The notes: generated by a model from the sequence alone, not told the origin. Shown: positions 30,731-40,982, counted from the first letter of the stretch. The stretch: DNA of 64,000 nt from an uncultured cyanobacterium (GCA_963793425.1 CAWCAG010000005.1:1824001-1888000); one strand, 5' to 3'. A program made the numbers and translations.

Positions 30731-31393
30731 TTAAAGTAATCCTCGATAACGAATAAACAGCAAAATAACAGCCCATGAACCCAATGCGACTTTAATTGCT
30801 ACAAGGATATTAAGTAGGGGAATAATGCCACCGCTAAAAAGCGTACCAAATTCTCCTTGAGGCAATTCCCAGCCCATTAGGGTGAAGACTGCCAACAGGA
30901 TGAAAATTAAAACTGAAACCTTCTCCCAAGTGGCTGCTTGCCATTTTTTATATATTTTTTCCATCTCTTCAGATGAAGAAGTGATAGCAATCAAACCAAT
31001 AGCTGTTCCCCCAGCTACCCCAGCCGCAAAACCACCGCCAGGGCTGAGATGACCTCGAATTGCAAGTTCAATACTCACCAGAGTAGCAATAGTTGCCCCC
31101 AAACGTGCCAGGATAATTGAGGGGCGATCGCTAAATTGATAAACTGTTTCGGTGGGTGTTTCATTGGCTAAGAGAAAGCCCACCCCCAAAATTGAGATAG
31201 AAAATACGATAACCTCAAAAATTGTGTCATAGAGGCGATTTCTAAAAATAATGCCAGAAACCGCATTAGACACACCAGTATCTTTGACTATAGACTCAAC
31301 AATCGAAAATTCTTCCCATTCTGGTGTCACATTGGGCATAACCAATACTTTGATCAATAGTAATATTCCTGCTGCAATATAAACCCCCTTCAT
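30731..31393 (-). CDS. mrpB: Mrp/Mnh Na+/H+ antiporter subunit B
   Basis: NAVSGIIFRNRLYDTIFE, GHLSPGGGFAAG. Confidence 0.85.
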   Translation of the reverse strand: MKGVYIAAGILLLIKVLVMPNVTPEWEEFSIVESIVKDTGVSNAVSGIIFRNRLYDTIFEVIVFSISILGVGFLLANETPTETVYQFSDRPSIILARLGATIATLVSIELAIRGHLSPGGGFAAGVAGGTAIGLIAITSSSEEMEKIYKKWQAATWEKVSVLIFILLAVFTLMGWELPQGEFGTLFSGGIIPLLNILVAIKVALGSWAVILLFIRYRGLL

Positions 31394-31953
31394 TAATGCT
31401 TGTCCTCCAGGTTAGCTACAGGTGTGTATTTCAAACTCATTTGTGGGATATGTAACTCAGTTTGAATAATCTCAAAAAGGCGGTGAACTCTAATCGTCGT
31501 TTGATAAATTTGCTGGCTATCTGAGTTCAATTGCTTTTGCTTAGTGCAAGTAGCATGAACTTCTTTAGTTATTAATGCCTGTTCTAAAGCTTGGGAATTA
31601 GGATACGGCACTAACTCAAGGCGTAAATAATGCTCATCAATAACTTTCCTGAGAGTAGTTATTAGTTCGACAAAACTAACCTCTGTTTCTGCCTCTACTC
31701 CTTCGAGTATCCCTAAACGCATTACCAAAGAGGAACGCACTGCAACGACATAAAGGGTAATCGCCAACATCGTACCAACCAAAGCCTCAGTTAAAGCCAC
31801 ATCCGCAGCCCCTAAAACCACATATACCAATGCAGCTACGGCCCCTAAAATAGCTCGAATCACCAAAGCTTGGTAGGGATTAACTTGAAATACCAACATC
31901 AATGCGGCTAAAGGTAGTAGGGCAATGATGACATAAATAGAAATATCACTCAT
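31393..31953 (-). CDS. Mrp-associated DUF4040 subunit
   Basis: LGAADVALTEALVG motif; translationally coupled within the operon. Confidence 0.8.
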   Translation of the reverse strand: MSDISIYVIIALLPLAALMLVFQVNPYQALVIRAILGAVAALVYVVLGAADVALTEALVGTMLAITLYVVAVRSSLVMRLGILEGVEAETEVSFVELITTLRKVIDEHYLRLELVPYPNSQALEQALITKEVHATCTKQKQLNSDSQQIYQTTIRVHRLFEIIQTELHIPQMSLKYTPVANLEDKH

Positions 31954-32224
31954 TGTTTACTCCACTACTAGAACAGTATGCCAAGACATACCCCAACACA
32001 GTATTCCAAATTGCTAAAGAAATAATTGCTAGGAGTAATAGTGGCCATTCACTAGGTATCTTCAGAAGTAAACCAATAACAATACTCATTGAACCAAGGG
32101 TATCGGCTACCGAAAGACTGTGGAGTTTAAATAAAACTGATCTTTTACCAATCAGGGGCAGGGTTCCCCAAAACCAAAAGATCAGGCCGATAATTATGCA
32201 ACCATAACTTAAAATATCAATCAT
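31946..32224 (-). CDS. mrpG: Mrp antiporter subunit G
   Basis: KLHSLSVADTLG motif, 3 TM. Confidence 0.8.
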   Translation of the reverse strand: MIDILSYGCIIIGLIFWFWGTLPLIGKRSVLFKLHSLSVADTLGSMSIVIGLLLKIPSEWPLLLLAIISLAIWNTVLGYVLAYCSSSGVNNE

Positions 32225-32478
32225 ACTTCGTTCACCCGTTTGATTAAATGTGCTAACAGCATTAACCCTGCATTACCCACACTAAGAATGATGACAGCAA
32301 CTACTGCAATTGACCAATCATCACGCAAAACGGAGACAACTAGCATCATGATTGAGGTTTTAGTGGCAATGCTGGCAAAGGCAAGCATTTTTTGCCAAAT
32401 ATCATTATCCTGCCAGGCTTCATAAATGGGTATAAGTAAAGCCAAAATCATCGCAATTAAAATAGAATCCATGTTCAA
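32221..32478 (-). CDS. mrpF: Mrp antiporter subunit F-like
   Basis: 85 aa, 3 TM, located between subunits E and G. Confidence 0.65.
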   Translation of the reverse strand: MNMDSILIAMILALLIPIYEAWQDNDIWQKMLAFASIATKTSIMMLVVSVLRDDWSIAVVAVIILSVGNAGLMLLAHLIKRVNEV

Positions 32479-32513
32479 AACCTATTAAGCTTTCACTTAT
32501 TACCTATTACTTA

Positions 32514-32918
32514 TTACTTATTACTTTTCTTCTTCCTCCTCCTAACCCTATGTACCTCATACCAACCTTGTTCGTGATATTTCAAAACAATAGTCTTTGG
32601 GGTGAAGGTAATTAAAAAGATATCGAGAAACACAAGCCCTGGTGTTCGTCTGGGTTTAACTTTTTCGCAAACAAAATCTTCATCATTATGGGGACGAATT
32701 ATAATCTCTACGGCTTCTATATAAGCTTGGGGAATGGCGACAACAATCTCCCAAAACACCTGCAACCAATCTGTCAACACTCCTGGGGATTTGTGGCTAT
32801 GGGGCAACAACAAAGCAATACTGACACCAATAATAATGTTGGGCAAATTAAAATTACCAGTAAGCAAAAACCAGATTGTCAGTCGCAGTATTATATTGAG
32901 ATAGGTAATTGCGTCCAT
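32514..32918 (-). CDS. mrpE: Mrp antiporter subunit E
   Basis: WFLLTG...LITFTPKT...VH motif. Confidence 0.8.
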   Translation of the reverse strand: MDAITYLNIILRLTIWFLLTGNFNLPNIIIGVSIALLLPHSHKSPGVLTDWLQVFWEIVVAIPQAYIEAVEIIIRPHNDEDFVCEKVKPRRTPGLVFLDIFLITFTPKTIVLKYHEQGWYEVHRVRRRKKKSNK

Positions 32919-34378
32919 ATTATCCAGAAGAGTAAGATTAATATTAGGCTCATAACTCCAATCAGATGATCAAAGTTTTCGCTGCCACGGGGTAGCTTAA
33001 TTGTTAATTTCTTGAAAATAAAAAGATATGCTAGCCAGCCAATAGCAATAGTTACCAGTGGTTTGACAATATTTTTGAGGGTGTAAGCTTCGTAATAAAC
33101 GCCATTGGCAGCAATCAATGCGCCGAGTAAGACAGCCATCGCTAACCAAAAACCCAGCTTTGCCTCTTTCTTTTTGCCCTCTTCGTTAATTGTTTCATCA
33201 TGGGAAATCTCCATTGCACCGTGGGGTAAAAAGATGAATTTAGCAAAGGAAATAGTTGTTCCTAATGCGGCAATATTCATAGCAATAACTTGCCAGGGTA
33301 AGAGATTTTGGGTTGTTAATATCTTTGCTCCAAAACCAGATAGTAAAGGAAAGCCAGAGATAGAAAAACTAGCTATAACTAAAGCAAGCCAAATCTTGGT
33401 ATCAATAGGCTGATGTTGTAATTCTTTGAAGTTACGGCTGGGTAAAACACCCGCAATTAAAAACAGTGCAGACTTTACTAAACCGTGAGTCAGGGCATAA
33501 AAACCAGCTACGGTAGGGGCAGCAAGGACGAAACCTAATTGAGAAATGGTATGAAATGCCAACATCCGCTTGGTATCTTTTTCAAATACGGCATAGCCTA
33601 CTCCTAATAGTGCTGTACTAACACCGAAAAGCCTCACGATGGGATCAATTTCTTCTAATATCAGCGCCAAACGCACTAAGGGAAATACCCCGGCTTTAAC
33701 CACTACTCCCGATAGCATTGCCGATACGGGGGTTTCTGATTCAGAGTGGGTTAAGGGCAACCATAACCCTGAGACAAAAATACCACCTTTAACTAACAAT
33801 CCTAAAAAAATTAGGGCGATCGCTTCTGGGGGAGAATTTTGCAAACCAGCAAAGTTAAAGGAATGATTGCTTTGATATACCAATGCTGCACCCACCAGAT
33901 AAAACAGCATTGCTGTATTGCTAACAAAGAGATAACGCAATGCTACCCAAATAGCCCGATCACTACGAGGATAAGCAATTAGTAGGAATGCGGCAATACT
34001 AATTACTTCTAGGGCTACATACAAACTAATGAAATCTGCACAAACAAAAGTAGCGTTAACACTGCCATGCAAAATCACTATCTGCATATAAAAAAAAGCT
34101 GTTTTGGCGCTTTGCCAACAGTAAAAAACAACCGCTGCTGTTACTAAGGCGTTAGTTAAAATAAAAAAGCCACTTAGTTGATCGATGGCTAAAGTAACAC
34201 CAAAATTATCTAATAACTGTATATCTAAAGGTGAGGGTTCTAAAAATATTTGTAAGCTATAGACAGCAGAAACTAATGCTATGCCTAGGGCAAAAAAGCG
34301 ATCTAGTTTGGGTAGTAGATAAATAACAAACCCAACAAAAAATGGTAAAGCAATCCAGGCGATCGTAATATTGGTCAT
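32891..34378 (-). CDS. mrpD: Mrp antiporter subunit D (NuoL/M/N-like)
   Basis: DFISLYVALE, WLPLTHSESETPVSAMLSG, KRMLAFHTISQLG, HGLVKSALF. Confidence 0.85.
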   Translation of the reverse strand: MTNITIAWIALPFFVGFVIYLLPKLDRFFALGIALVSAVYSLQIFLEPSPLDIQLLDNFGVTLAIDQLSGFFILTNALVTAAVVFYCWQSAKTAFFYMQIVILHGSVNATFVCADFISLYVALEVISIAAFLLIAYPRSDRAIWVALRYLFVSNTAMLFYLVGAALVYQSNHSFNFAGLQNSPPEAIALIFLGLLVKGGIFVSGLWLPLTHSESETPVSAMLSGVVVKAGVFPLVRLALILEEIDPIVRLFGVSTALLGVGYAVFEKDTKRMLAFHTISQLGFVLAAPTVAGFYALTHGLVKSALFLIAGVLPSRNFKELQHQPIDTKIWLALVIASFSISGFPLLSGFGAKILTTQNLLPWQVIAMNIAALGTTISFAKFIFLPHGAMEISHDETINEEGKKKEAKLGFWLAMAVLLGALIAANGVYYEAYTLKNIVKPLVTIAIGWLAYLFIFKKLTIKLPRGSENFDHLIGVMSLILILLFWIIWTQLPISI

Positions 34379-34710
34379 GGCTGATTATTCTTTTCTATCG
34401 CCCTAGCTTCTAATGTAGGATTATCTCTAGCTAACTTCATTACCCCTACCAGCATCAAAGCTTGAATTGAAAAGCCAATCACAATCGCTGTCAAAATAAC
34501 TGCCTGGGGAACAGGATCTGCATAATTCACTTCTTTAGCATTAGCAACAATTGGTGTATACAAACCATTTCGCGATGCTACTAGGACATAATAGGCAATT
34601 ACCCCCGTACTCATAATGTCCATTGAGACAATTTTCATTACCAAATTTTTTTTAAAAATAATACCGAAAAATCCACATAATACGGTAAAGAATATACAAG
34701 CTTCTAACAT
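34375..34710 (-). CDS. mrpC: Mrp antiporter subunit C
   Basis: ADPVPQAVILTAIVIG signature. Confidence 0.9.
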   Translation of the reverse strand: MLEACIFFTVLCGFFGIIFKKNLVMKIVSMDIMSTGVIAYYVLVASRNGLYTPIVANAKEVNYADPVPQAVILTAIVIGFSIQALMLVGVMKLARDNPTLEARAIEKNNQP

Positions 34711-35068
34711 TGCTATTAATTATTTTTTCTTAAAAATGAAATCAAAAAAGAACTCAGACTAATTGTAACTTTGTAAAAAAAGTTAACTAGCAGTGTTTAA
34801 TAAGATTAAATAGCCTAAAAGCATAACCTATCTCAAGAAATATATTTACTTAAGTCTATCATTTAAAAAGTTTTAATTGATTTAAATCTATATTTTGATT
34901 TTACATTAATAACAGGAAAAAGCAATATTCGCAGGTAATAAGCTTTCTTAATACTATGATTAAGGAGAACTAATACATTTAGCTGTTCGCGAACTCTTTG
35001 AGAGATCGTTTTTTCTATCATGCCTTCCTGTCTTTCTACCGAATAGGTGGTATAGATTAATTATATAA

Positions 35069-36619
35069 ATGCTAAACGGTGCGTTCCTGCACCCTACAGG
35101 AGCTAATTCAAAATTTATGTCCAAGACATCTTCACAGTTTAAATTCCTTCGCTGCCTAGTTTTGTGTATTGGGTTTATCGCTAGCCCTAGCAGTGTAATG
35201 GCTCAAATCGCGGCATTACAAGCCAATGAACTAACCGATATACCAGACAACGATTATGAAGTAGACTCCGTTGAAATTGAGGAGAATAGTCCTAGCGATC
35301 GCCCACTTTCTGAATCGGGAGAACTTACCTTTGAATTTATTACCCCCCAGAGTACTGACTCAACTGATACAGACACAGCTATAGACACCAAAACTGAAAG
35401 CGAAGATGGGATTGTTATTGATCAAGACAATACTGCTCAGCAGATAGCCCAAAAAAAGTCGAAGAAAAAGAGTAAGAAATTTAAAAAGGGTAAGAAGTTT
35501 AAAAAATATTGTAGCCTCTTCTTTGAAGGCAAGGTTACTAAGGGTGCAGAGTTCAACGCTACAGGCAATTTTAGCTCTGCGACATTAATCCAAGTTTTTG
35601 ACGACGAAGCGGCATACTTATCAGGGGCTTCGGCAATACAAACTATCGAATACTCCACAGCCTCTAGCGAAGCTATTTCCGTGGGGGATCAAATTGGTAG
35701 CTTAACTGTTAAGACATCTCAAACAGAGCAACTTACCTTTCAATACCTCTCTGCAACGGATACTGATTATACAGATGTAGTTATAGCTCAGACAGACAAG
35801 GGATATGGGGCTGTATCTGGCATTGTTGATGCCGATGACGAAGCTTACGTTGTTGTCTCTGACGGCAGAAAAGGCAAGAAGTGTAAGAAATTCAAGCGGG
35901 TTAGAAAGTGCAAAAAAGGCGCTAAACTCACTAGCCAAGGAAACATTGCTGCTGGAGGTGAATATATCGAAGCGGTTGATTGTAGTGCTGACACACTCGT
36001 ACAAATTTTTGATGACTCACCGGAGTTCATCTTTCCTGATGTTCGTAAAAGCTACTGGGCAAGTCGTTTTATCTATCGGCTATCTGCCCTACAAATTGTG
36101 CAAGGTTTTCCGGATCGAGACTTCTTACCTGAAGCTGCCATAACCCAAGCGCAGTTTGCGGCAATTGTTAGCAACGCCTTTAATGTCTCTCGGATCAGGC
36201 AGGCGACTGTAGTGGAAAGCATTTCCAGAGACTACTGGGGCCACGGATATCTTCAGAATGCTTATTCGATGGGCTTCATCGACATCACTAGCAATAATTT
36301 TAATGTCGGGCAACGCCTCACTAAGCTAAATGTATTGACTTCCATTGCTAAAGGGTTGGGATATACGCAAATAACTTCCGGCAGAAGCGTTGAAGATATC
36401 TTGAGTATCTTTAGCGATGCCAATAGTATCCCGGTTAGCGATCGCACTTACATTGCAGCGTTGGTTGAAAGAGGTATTTTAGTGAACTACCCCAACCTCA
36501 ACACCCTGAATGTCAACCAAGTCATTTCCCGGGCCGAAACCTGTGCCATCGTGCATCAAGCCCTAGTAAGCATGGGACAATTTGAAGCCATCGGTTCCGA
36601 CTATATCATCTCCCAATAG
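35069..36619 (+). CDS. Secreted S-layer-homology (SLH) domain protein
   Basis: Signal-peptide-like N-terminus; C-terminal FPDVRKSYWA...GFPD and SRAET SLH motifs. Start may be 35117. Confidence 0.85.
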   Translation: MLNGAFLHPTGANSKFMSKTSSQFKFLRCLVLCIGFIASPSSVMAQIAALQANELTDIPDNDYEVDSVEIEENSPSDRPLSESGELTFEFITPQSTDSTDTDTAIDTKTESEDGIVIDQDNTAQQIAQKKSKKKSKKFKKGKKFKKYCSLFFEGKVTKGAEFNATGNFSSATLIQVFDDEAAYLSGASAIQTIEYSTASSEAISVGDQIGSLTVKTSQTEQLTFQYLSATDTDYTDVVIAQTDKGYGAVSGIVDADDEAYVVVSDGRKGKKCKKFKRVRKCKKGAKLTSQGNIAAGGEYIEAVDCSADTLVQIFDDSPEFIFPDVRKSYWASRFIYRLSALQIVQGFPDRDFLPEAAITQAQFAAIVSNAFNVSRIRQATVVESISRDYWGHGYLQNAYSMGFIDITSNNFNVGQRLTKLNVLTSIAKGLGYTQITSGRSVEDILSIFSDANSIPVSDRTYIAALVERGILVNYPNLNTLNVNQVISRAETCAIVHQALVSMGQFEAIGSDYIISQ

Positions 36620-36623
36620 AAAA

Positions 36624-36694
36624 GTAGGGTGGGTTAGGTGGCAATTAAACCTGAACCATAACTAACTAATCTTCATGCTACCGTAACCCACCTA
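36624..36694. repeat. REP-like (GTAG-type) palindromic element
   Basis: GTAG-GGTGGGTTA-GGTGGCA...TGCTACC-G-TAACCCACC-TA directly after the stop codon. Confidence 0.6.
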
Positions 36695-37209
36695 TGCCGA
36701 ACTTGATAACCCTGATGAGCTAACTGGAAAAAGCTGTTGTACAAGCAAAGTTTGACTGGCAAGTCTTTATCTACAAAAACCGTGTTTTGTCAAATAAAGT
36801 TTTCTCTTGTTACATAAGTTAATCTGAATCTGTGGCCCTTTCAAGCTTTTCAGAGAAGAAAATGAATTTTAGAATGACCATAAATCAGGATTTGAGGAGA
36901 AGAAACCCAATTTTAGATATAAAAATACTAAAATAACATGAAGTAATAATAGCTCAAAAGGCGTAATTGTGTAAAGAAGGGTCTTGACAAAAGCGGATTA
37001 TTAACTTTTGCAAAATTTGTTTTTCTAATAAGTAGTTACAACAAGGTACAACAAAACTAATCTTTTAAAGTAACGGCATAGATGAAATTAAAGACAATTC
37101 CCAGAGCATTTTTAAGCGATCGCCTTGTTATCTCAAAATTACTTGACATCCAAAACAGTCGCTACCTAATAAAGCCCAACTTTCATCGTTAGGACGTTCA
37201 AAAAAAAAC

Positions 37210-39174
37210 TTGATACGTCCTGTTTTTCCATCTAAAACACCCATGTCTAACCTCTCAATTCAGGTTTATAAAAATCTCAATTCGAGTCACTCTCCAGAAA
37301 TACGTTTACCCACAAACCTTTCCCCATCAGACTTAAGCAATCCTGTCTTAATCAAAACTGCTCAAGACTTGTTTACTGAAAATGGTGTTCTTGTCATTAA
37401 GGATCTCTTTGCCAAAGACTTGATTGCTGAACTAAGTCAATCATTTTCTGAGCAATACAACCCTTACTTTGAAGATAAAAATCACGCAGATGCCTTAGAA
37501 GTCGGCGTTAAGCGGAAAATGATCACCATCAATTTTCAGGCTCCCTTCAACAACCGGGACTTGTATGGCAATCCCTTCTTAATGCACTTAATGAAAGCCT
37601 TGCTGGGGAAGGATTTTATTCTCGGTAGTTTTGGCGCTGTTATTGCTCTTCCGGGAGCTGAACAACAACACATTCACCAAGATCACCCAGCCCTCTTTGA
37701 AGATGAAGCTTTGGCTCTGCAACTGCCTAGTTTTGCTATCACCGTTGTTGTTCCCCTAATTGATTTGACACCAGCTACGGGATCTACCCAAGTGTGGAAA
37801 GGTAGTCATCGCCTCTCCCCCTCAGAAGAATTGGAGGATAAAAAATCATCGGTTCCCTTTGTGTCAACCGGGTCTTGTTACTTAATGGACTATCAACTGT
37901 GGCATGGAGGAACACCGAATATTTCCCACCAGGTACGTCCCATTCTCTATATAGTCTACTATCGCTCTTGGTTTCAAGAAACTGTTAATTACGACAACCA
38001 AGCCCGCGTCTCTATTACCCAAAGTGAGTATCAAAAAATACCGGAAACCCATAAGTTTCTCTTTGCTAGACTTCAGGAGTTTTTTCAATTCAGTCAACTT
38101 GACAATCTCCAGGAAAATGCTCAGCTTCCTTCCCAAGAGCAAAGTCAATTAACAGCCTCTGAACAAGCCGAGCGTTTAAGCGAAATTGCTAAGCAAGCTC
38201 TCACTAATTATGGATTTGAGCAGGCTTCACTACAACTAATTTCTAACGGCGAAAATACGGTTTTTGCTGTTGATGCCCCTAATGCACCTATCCCTCAACA
38301 AAATTGCTATTCACCTTCTCGCTTTGCTTTAAGGATTCATCGCCCCAACTATCTACCCCTTGAGGCTATCGACTCAGAATTACGCTGGCTACAATTCTCA
38401 AGCCAAGAAGCAAAACTACCTGTACCTCAGCCAATACCAACCTTAGCAGGCAAACTCTGTACTTTAATCAAAGTTCAGGGAGTAAGCCAGCCTCGTGTCT
38501 GTTCCTTAACACGATGGTTAAAGGGTAATTCACCTTTAGAGCAAGAAGAGTCACAACTCCTGCAATTTGAGTCTGTTGGTCGCCTTTTAGGGCAATTGCA
38601 TTACTATGCTGAACATTGGTCGAAACCAGAAGATTTTACTCGACCACATTGGGATTGGAATGGTTTATTTGGAAACATGGCAGGCTACAGCAATGATGGA
38701 GAGAGAGTTTGGGAGTTGACTCCGCAACCCTACAAAAACTTGTTTGCAAGGGTTAGCCAACAATTCCAAAAAACCGTTGCCTTGTTAGAAGAAGATCCCA
38801 GTCAGTTTGGTTTAATTCATGGGGATTTTTGGGCAGGCAATCTCCTGATTAATGAGCAGGAAATAGGCGTTATTGATTTTGCTGATTGTGGCTTTGGTTA
38901 TTGGATCTACGATTTAGCTCGGTTTTTAAATGACTTTATAGCAGAGCCAGACTTCCCTTTGTATTTAGATAAGCTTTTACACGGTTATAACCAAATTAGA
39001 CCCTTTCCAGAGGAGCAGTTACCCCATCTCAATACGTTTATTGCGGCTCAATATGCAGCCTATGGTTTGTGGCAGGTGAATCGCGCCCAAGATCATCCTT
39101 CTTTCCGAGCTACGTTAGAGGAAGAGTTGGCAGATACGGCTATGTGGATTGAGCAGCTTATGGCAGTGGGTTGA
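37210..39174 (+). CDS. Fusion of PhyH-type Fe(II)/2OG dioxygenase and APH-like phosphotransferase
   Basis: QHIHQD...WHGG...R dioxygenase motifs; ALRIHRP, IHGDFWAGN and IDFADCG kinase motifs. Start may be ATG 37243. Confidence 0.88.
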   Translation: MIRPVFPSKTPMSNLSIQVYKNLNSSHSPEIRLPTNLSPSDLSNPVLIKTAQDLFTENGVLVIKDLFAKDLIAELSQSFSEQYNPYFEDKNHADALEVGVKRKMITINFQAPFNNRDLYGNPFLMHLMKALLGKDFILGSFGAVIALPGAEQQHIHQDHPALFEDEALALQLPSFAITVVVPLIDLTPATGSTQVWKGSHRLSPSEELEDKKSSVPFVSTGSCYLMDYQLWHGGTPNISHQVRPILYIVYYRSWFQETVNYDNQARVSITQSEYQKIPETHKFLFARLQEFFQFSQLDNLQENAQLPSQEQSQLTASEQAERLSEIAKQALTNYGFEQASLQLISNGENTVFAVDAPNAPIPQQNCYSPSRFALRIHRPNYLPLEAIDSELRWLQFSSQEAKLPVPQPIPTLAGKLCTLIKVQGVSQPRVCSLTRWLKGNSPLEQEESQLLQFESVGRLLGQLHYYAEHWSKPEDFTRPHWDWNGLFGNMAGYSNDGERVWELTPQPYKNLFARVSQQFQKTVALLEEDPSQFGLIHGDFWAGNLLINEQEIGVIDFADCGFGYWIYDLARFLNDFIAEPDFPLYLDKLLHGYNQIRPFPEEQLPHLNTFIAAQYAAYGLWQVNRAQDHPSFRATLEEELADTAMWIEQLMAVG

Positions 39175-39248
39175 TGAAAATATCATTGACAATTCTGAAA
39201 TCAAAAAGCCAATAAACTTAAAGTTACTCCCCTGCGATTTGTAAAATG

Positions 39249-39360
39249 GTTGTAGACGGCTACTGGAATGATGATGCGGGTATAAAGTTTTTGTAATAAG
39301 TCTAGTTGCCCGATAGCTGCTAGATTCGTAATAGGCGATATATCTACTAACAACAATCAC
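39249..39360 (-). pseudogene. DUF3368 (PIN-like toxin) remnant, frameshifted and truncated
   Basis: MIVVS[+1 nt]DISPITNLAAIGQLDLLQKLYTRIIIPVAVYN, after which similarity stops. Confidence 0.75.
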
Positions 39361-39560
39361 AATAGCCTCATGGATTGCAAAGTTTTAACATCCGCCTCAA
39401 AATCCTCTACATCATAGTTGATGCAAAGCCCACGCTTAGCGAGTTCATGTTGGAATTCAATTACTGTTAATCCAGTCCAAGCACGAACTTTGCCACTACT
39501 AATTTTCTCTTGCTTGTAGAGCATAATAGCAATTTCTAATTTTAATTTAGCCTTACTCAT
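39357..39560 (-). CDS. UPF0175-family antitoxin, N-terminally truncated
   Basis: MSKAKLKLEIAIMLYKQEKISSGK...FQHELAKRG...YDVEDFEADVKTL; overlaps the DUF3368 start. Confidence 0.75.
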   Translation of the reverse strand: MSKAKLKLEIAIMLYKQEKISSGKVRAWTGLTVIEFQHELAKRGLCINYDVEDFEADVKTLQSMRLL

Positions 39561-40551
39561 CTTGTAGCTTTGATAATACGTTTTGGCGATATCTATCTGC
39601 CATTTCTTCTGCTTTTTCATAGAGATGTGTTGCAGATACTTGAGAAATTGTAGAGATACTTAACAATGCACAGCATCCTACAATGTCAACAAATACACCG
39701 TATGACTTGACCCTATGCACTTTACCATCCACTAGTTGACCCAGTTTTAAAGTCGAGAACCTGGCCTGAGTCTCAAGACGTACACGCTTAGGATCTCGTT
39801 CACGGCTAGATATTCTAATATTTTCAAACCCTGGCTCAATTTCAGATATTCGTTTCTTATACCAATCTGAATCCAATTCATTCAAAATAAGATCGGCGAG
39901 GAGATTTTGGTATAGACTAACGAAGGCACAAGATTCATATATTTGCCCACGATGTGCAAACAGAGCAATTTTAGAGAGAGCATCGTATAAAACAACTAAC
40001 CATTGTTGCTCTGTAGTCAGAGATTGCTCCAAACATTTACGCCCAGTTTCAGGAACTCTTCCATGTCCTCCTCCATAGATAGCCAGTCGTGTTTTCCATT
40101 TCCTGTCAGGAAGATTTACAGGCTGGAGTAATGAGTTCCAATTCAGGTTGCTTAGACTATTAATATAAGACCATTCTGTGGGATAATACCGATTCTTAAT
40201 AAATTCAAGAATGCCTTCACAAAAAGCCTTGATTAATTCATTACTTTTAATTGAAACACCAAGGCGCGTTAGATTATCTTCGCCACAAAACCAAGGCTCT
40301 ATATGAAAGTACAAAACCTCATTATTTATTCTTTCTGCCAAAAGCTCAACCCCTCTACCCTCTTCATCAATAATCATCCTTGCAGGTAGTTGAGAATCTT
40401 GAATCTGTCCAAGCCAGATATAAATTTCTTTGTAGGGGTCAAATGTAGCCGATGTCGAGATTTGAGTACAGACATCATTAGATTCTATACGAATCAAAAT
40501 CCAACCCCGTAGAATTTTTTGACCCCTAGATTGAGTAAGTGTAACTCTCAT
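39553..40551 (-). CDS. Hypothetical protein with an internally deleted S1 RNA-binding domain at the C-terminus
   Basis: LKLGQLVDGKVHRVKSYGVFVDI...LLSISTIS followed almost directly by YEKAEEMA. Confidence 0.7.
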   Translation of the reverse strand: MRVTLTQSRGQKILRGWILIRIESNDVCTQISTSATFDPYKEIYIWLGQIQDSQLPARMIIDEEGRGVELLAERINNEVLYFHIEPWFCGEDNLTRLGVSIKSNELIKAFCEGILEFIKNRYYPTEWSYINSLSNLNWNSLLQPVNLPDRKWKTRLAIYGGGHGRVPETGRKCLEQSLTTEQQWLVVLYDALSKIALFAHRGQIYESCAFVSLYQNLLADLILNELDSDWYKKRISEIEPGFENIRISSRERDPKRVRLETQARFSTLKLGQLVDGKVHRVKSYGVFVDIVGCCALLSISTISQVSATHLYEKAEEMADRYRQNVLSKLQDE

Positions 40552-40599
40552 AAATTCAGATTGATATTTATTTAAGCGCCTGGAGATGACATTAGCTTA

Positions 40600-40686
40600 T
40601 TACCAATGACAGTCGGGCGCAATAAAATGAATTTATTAGTCTATGAACCGAGTCAGGAGGTTATTTTGCAATGGATCAAAAATTGA
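40600..40686 (+). pseudogene. xisH: XisH C-terminal remnant
   Basis: ...NKMNLLVYEPSQEVILQWIKN* overlaps the xisI start, as in xisHI pairs. Confidence 0.7.
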
Positions 40687-40982
40687 GTTATGCCGACATT
40701 CTGAAAAAGACGGTGCAAGAGGCGGTTATTGATCAACCTCGCTTACAAGCAATCAAACTTTATCCTGTTTGCGATCTAGAGTCAGGCCACTTTCTCGTTT
40801 TAGCGACAGGTTGGAATAAGCAACGCTGGATGGATACTATTCTGTTTCATGCTCGTTTGGTTGAGCAGCAAATTATTATCGAAGAAGATAACTTTGAAGA
40901 GAGCTTAACTCAGGCACTGATTGCTGGTGGTGTTAAGCAAGAGGATATTGTGGTTCATTTAGAGCCTCTACTTTTATCCTAA
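40671..40982 (+). CDS. xisI: XisI-family protein
   Basis: D-x3-GHFLVLATGW, FHARL, IIIEEDN, LIAGGVKQEDIV. Confidence 0.85.
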   Translation: MDQKLSYADILKKTVQEAVIDQPRLQAIKLYPVCDLESGHFLVLATGWNKQRWMDTILFHARLVEQQIIIEEDNFEESLTQALIAGGVKQEDIVVHLEPLLLS

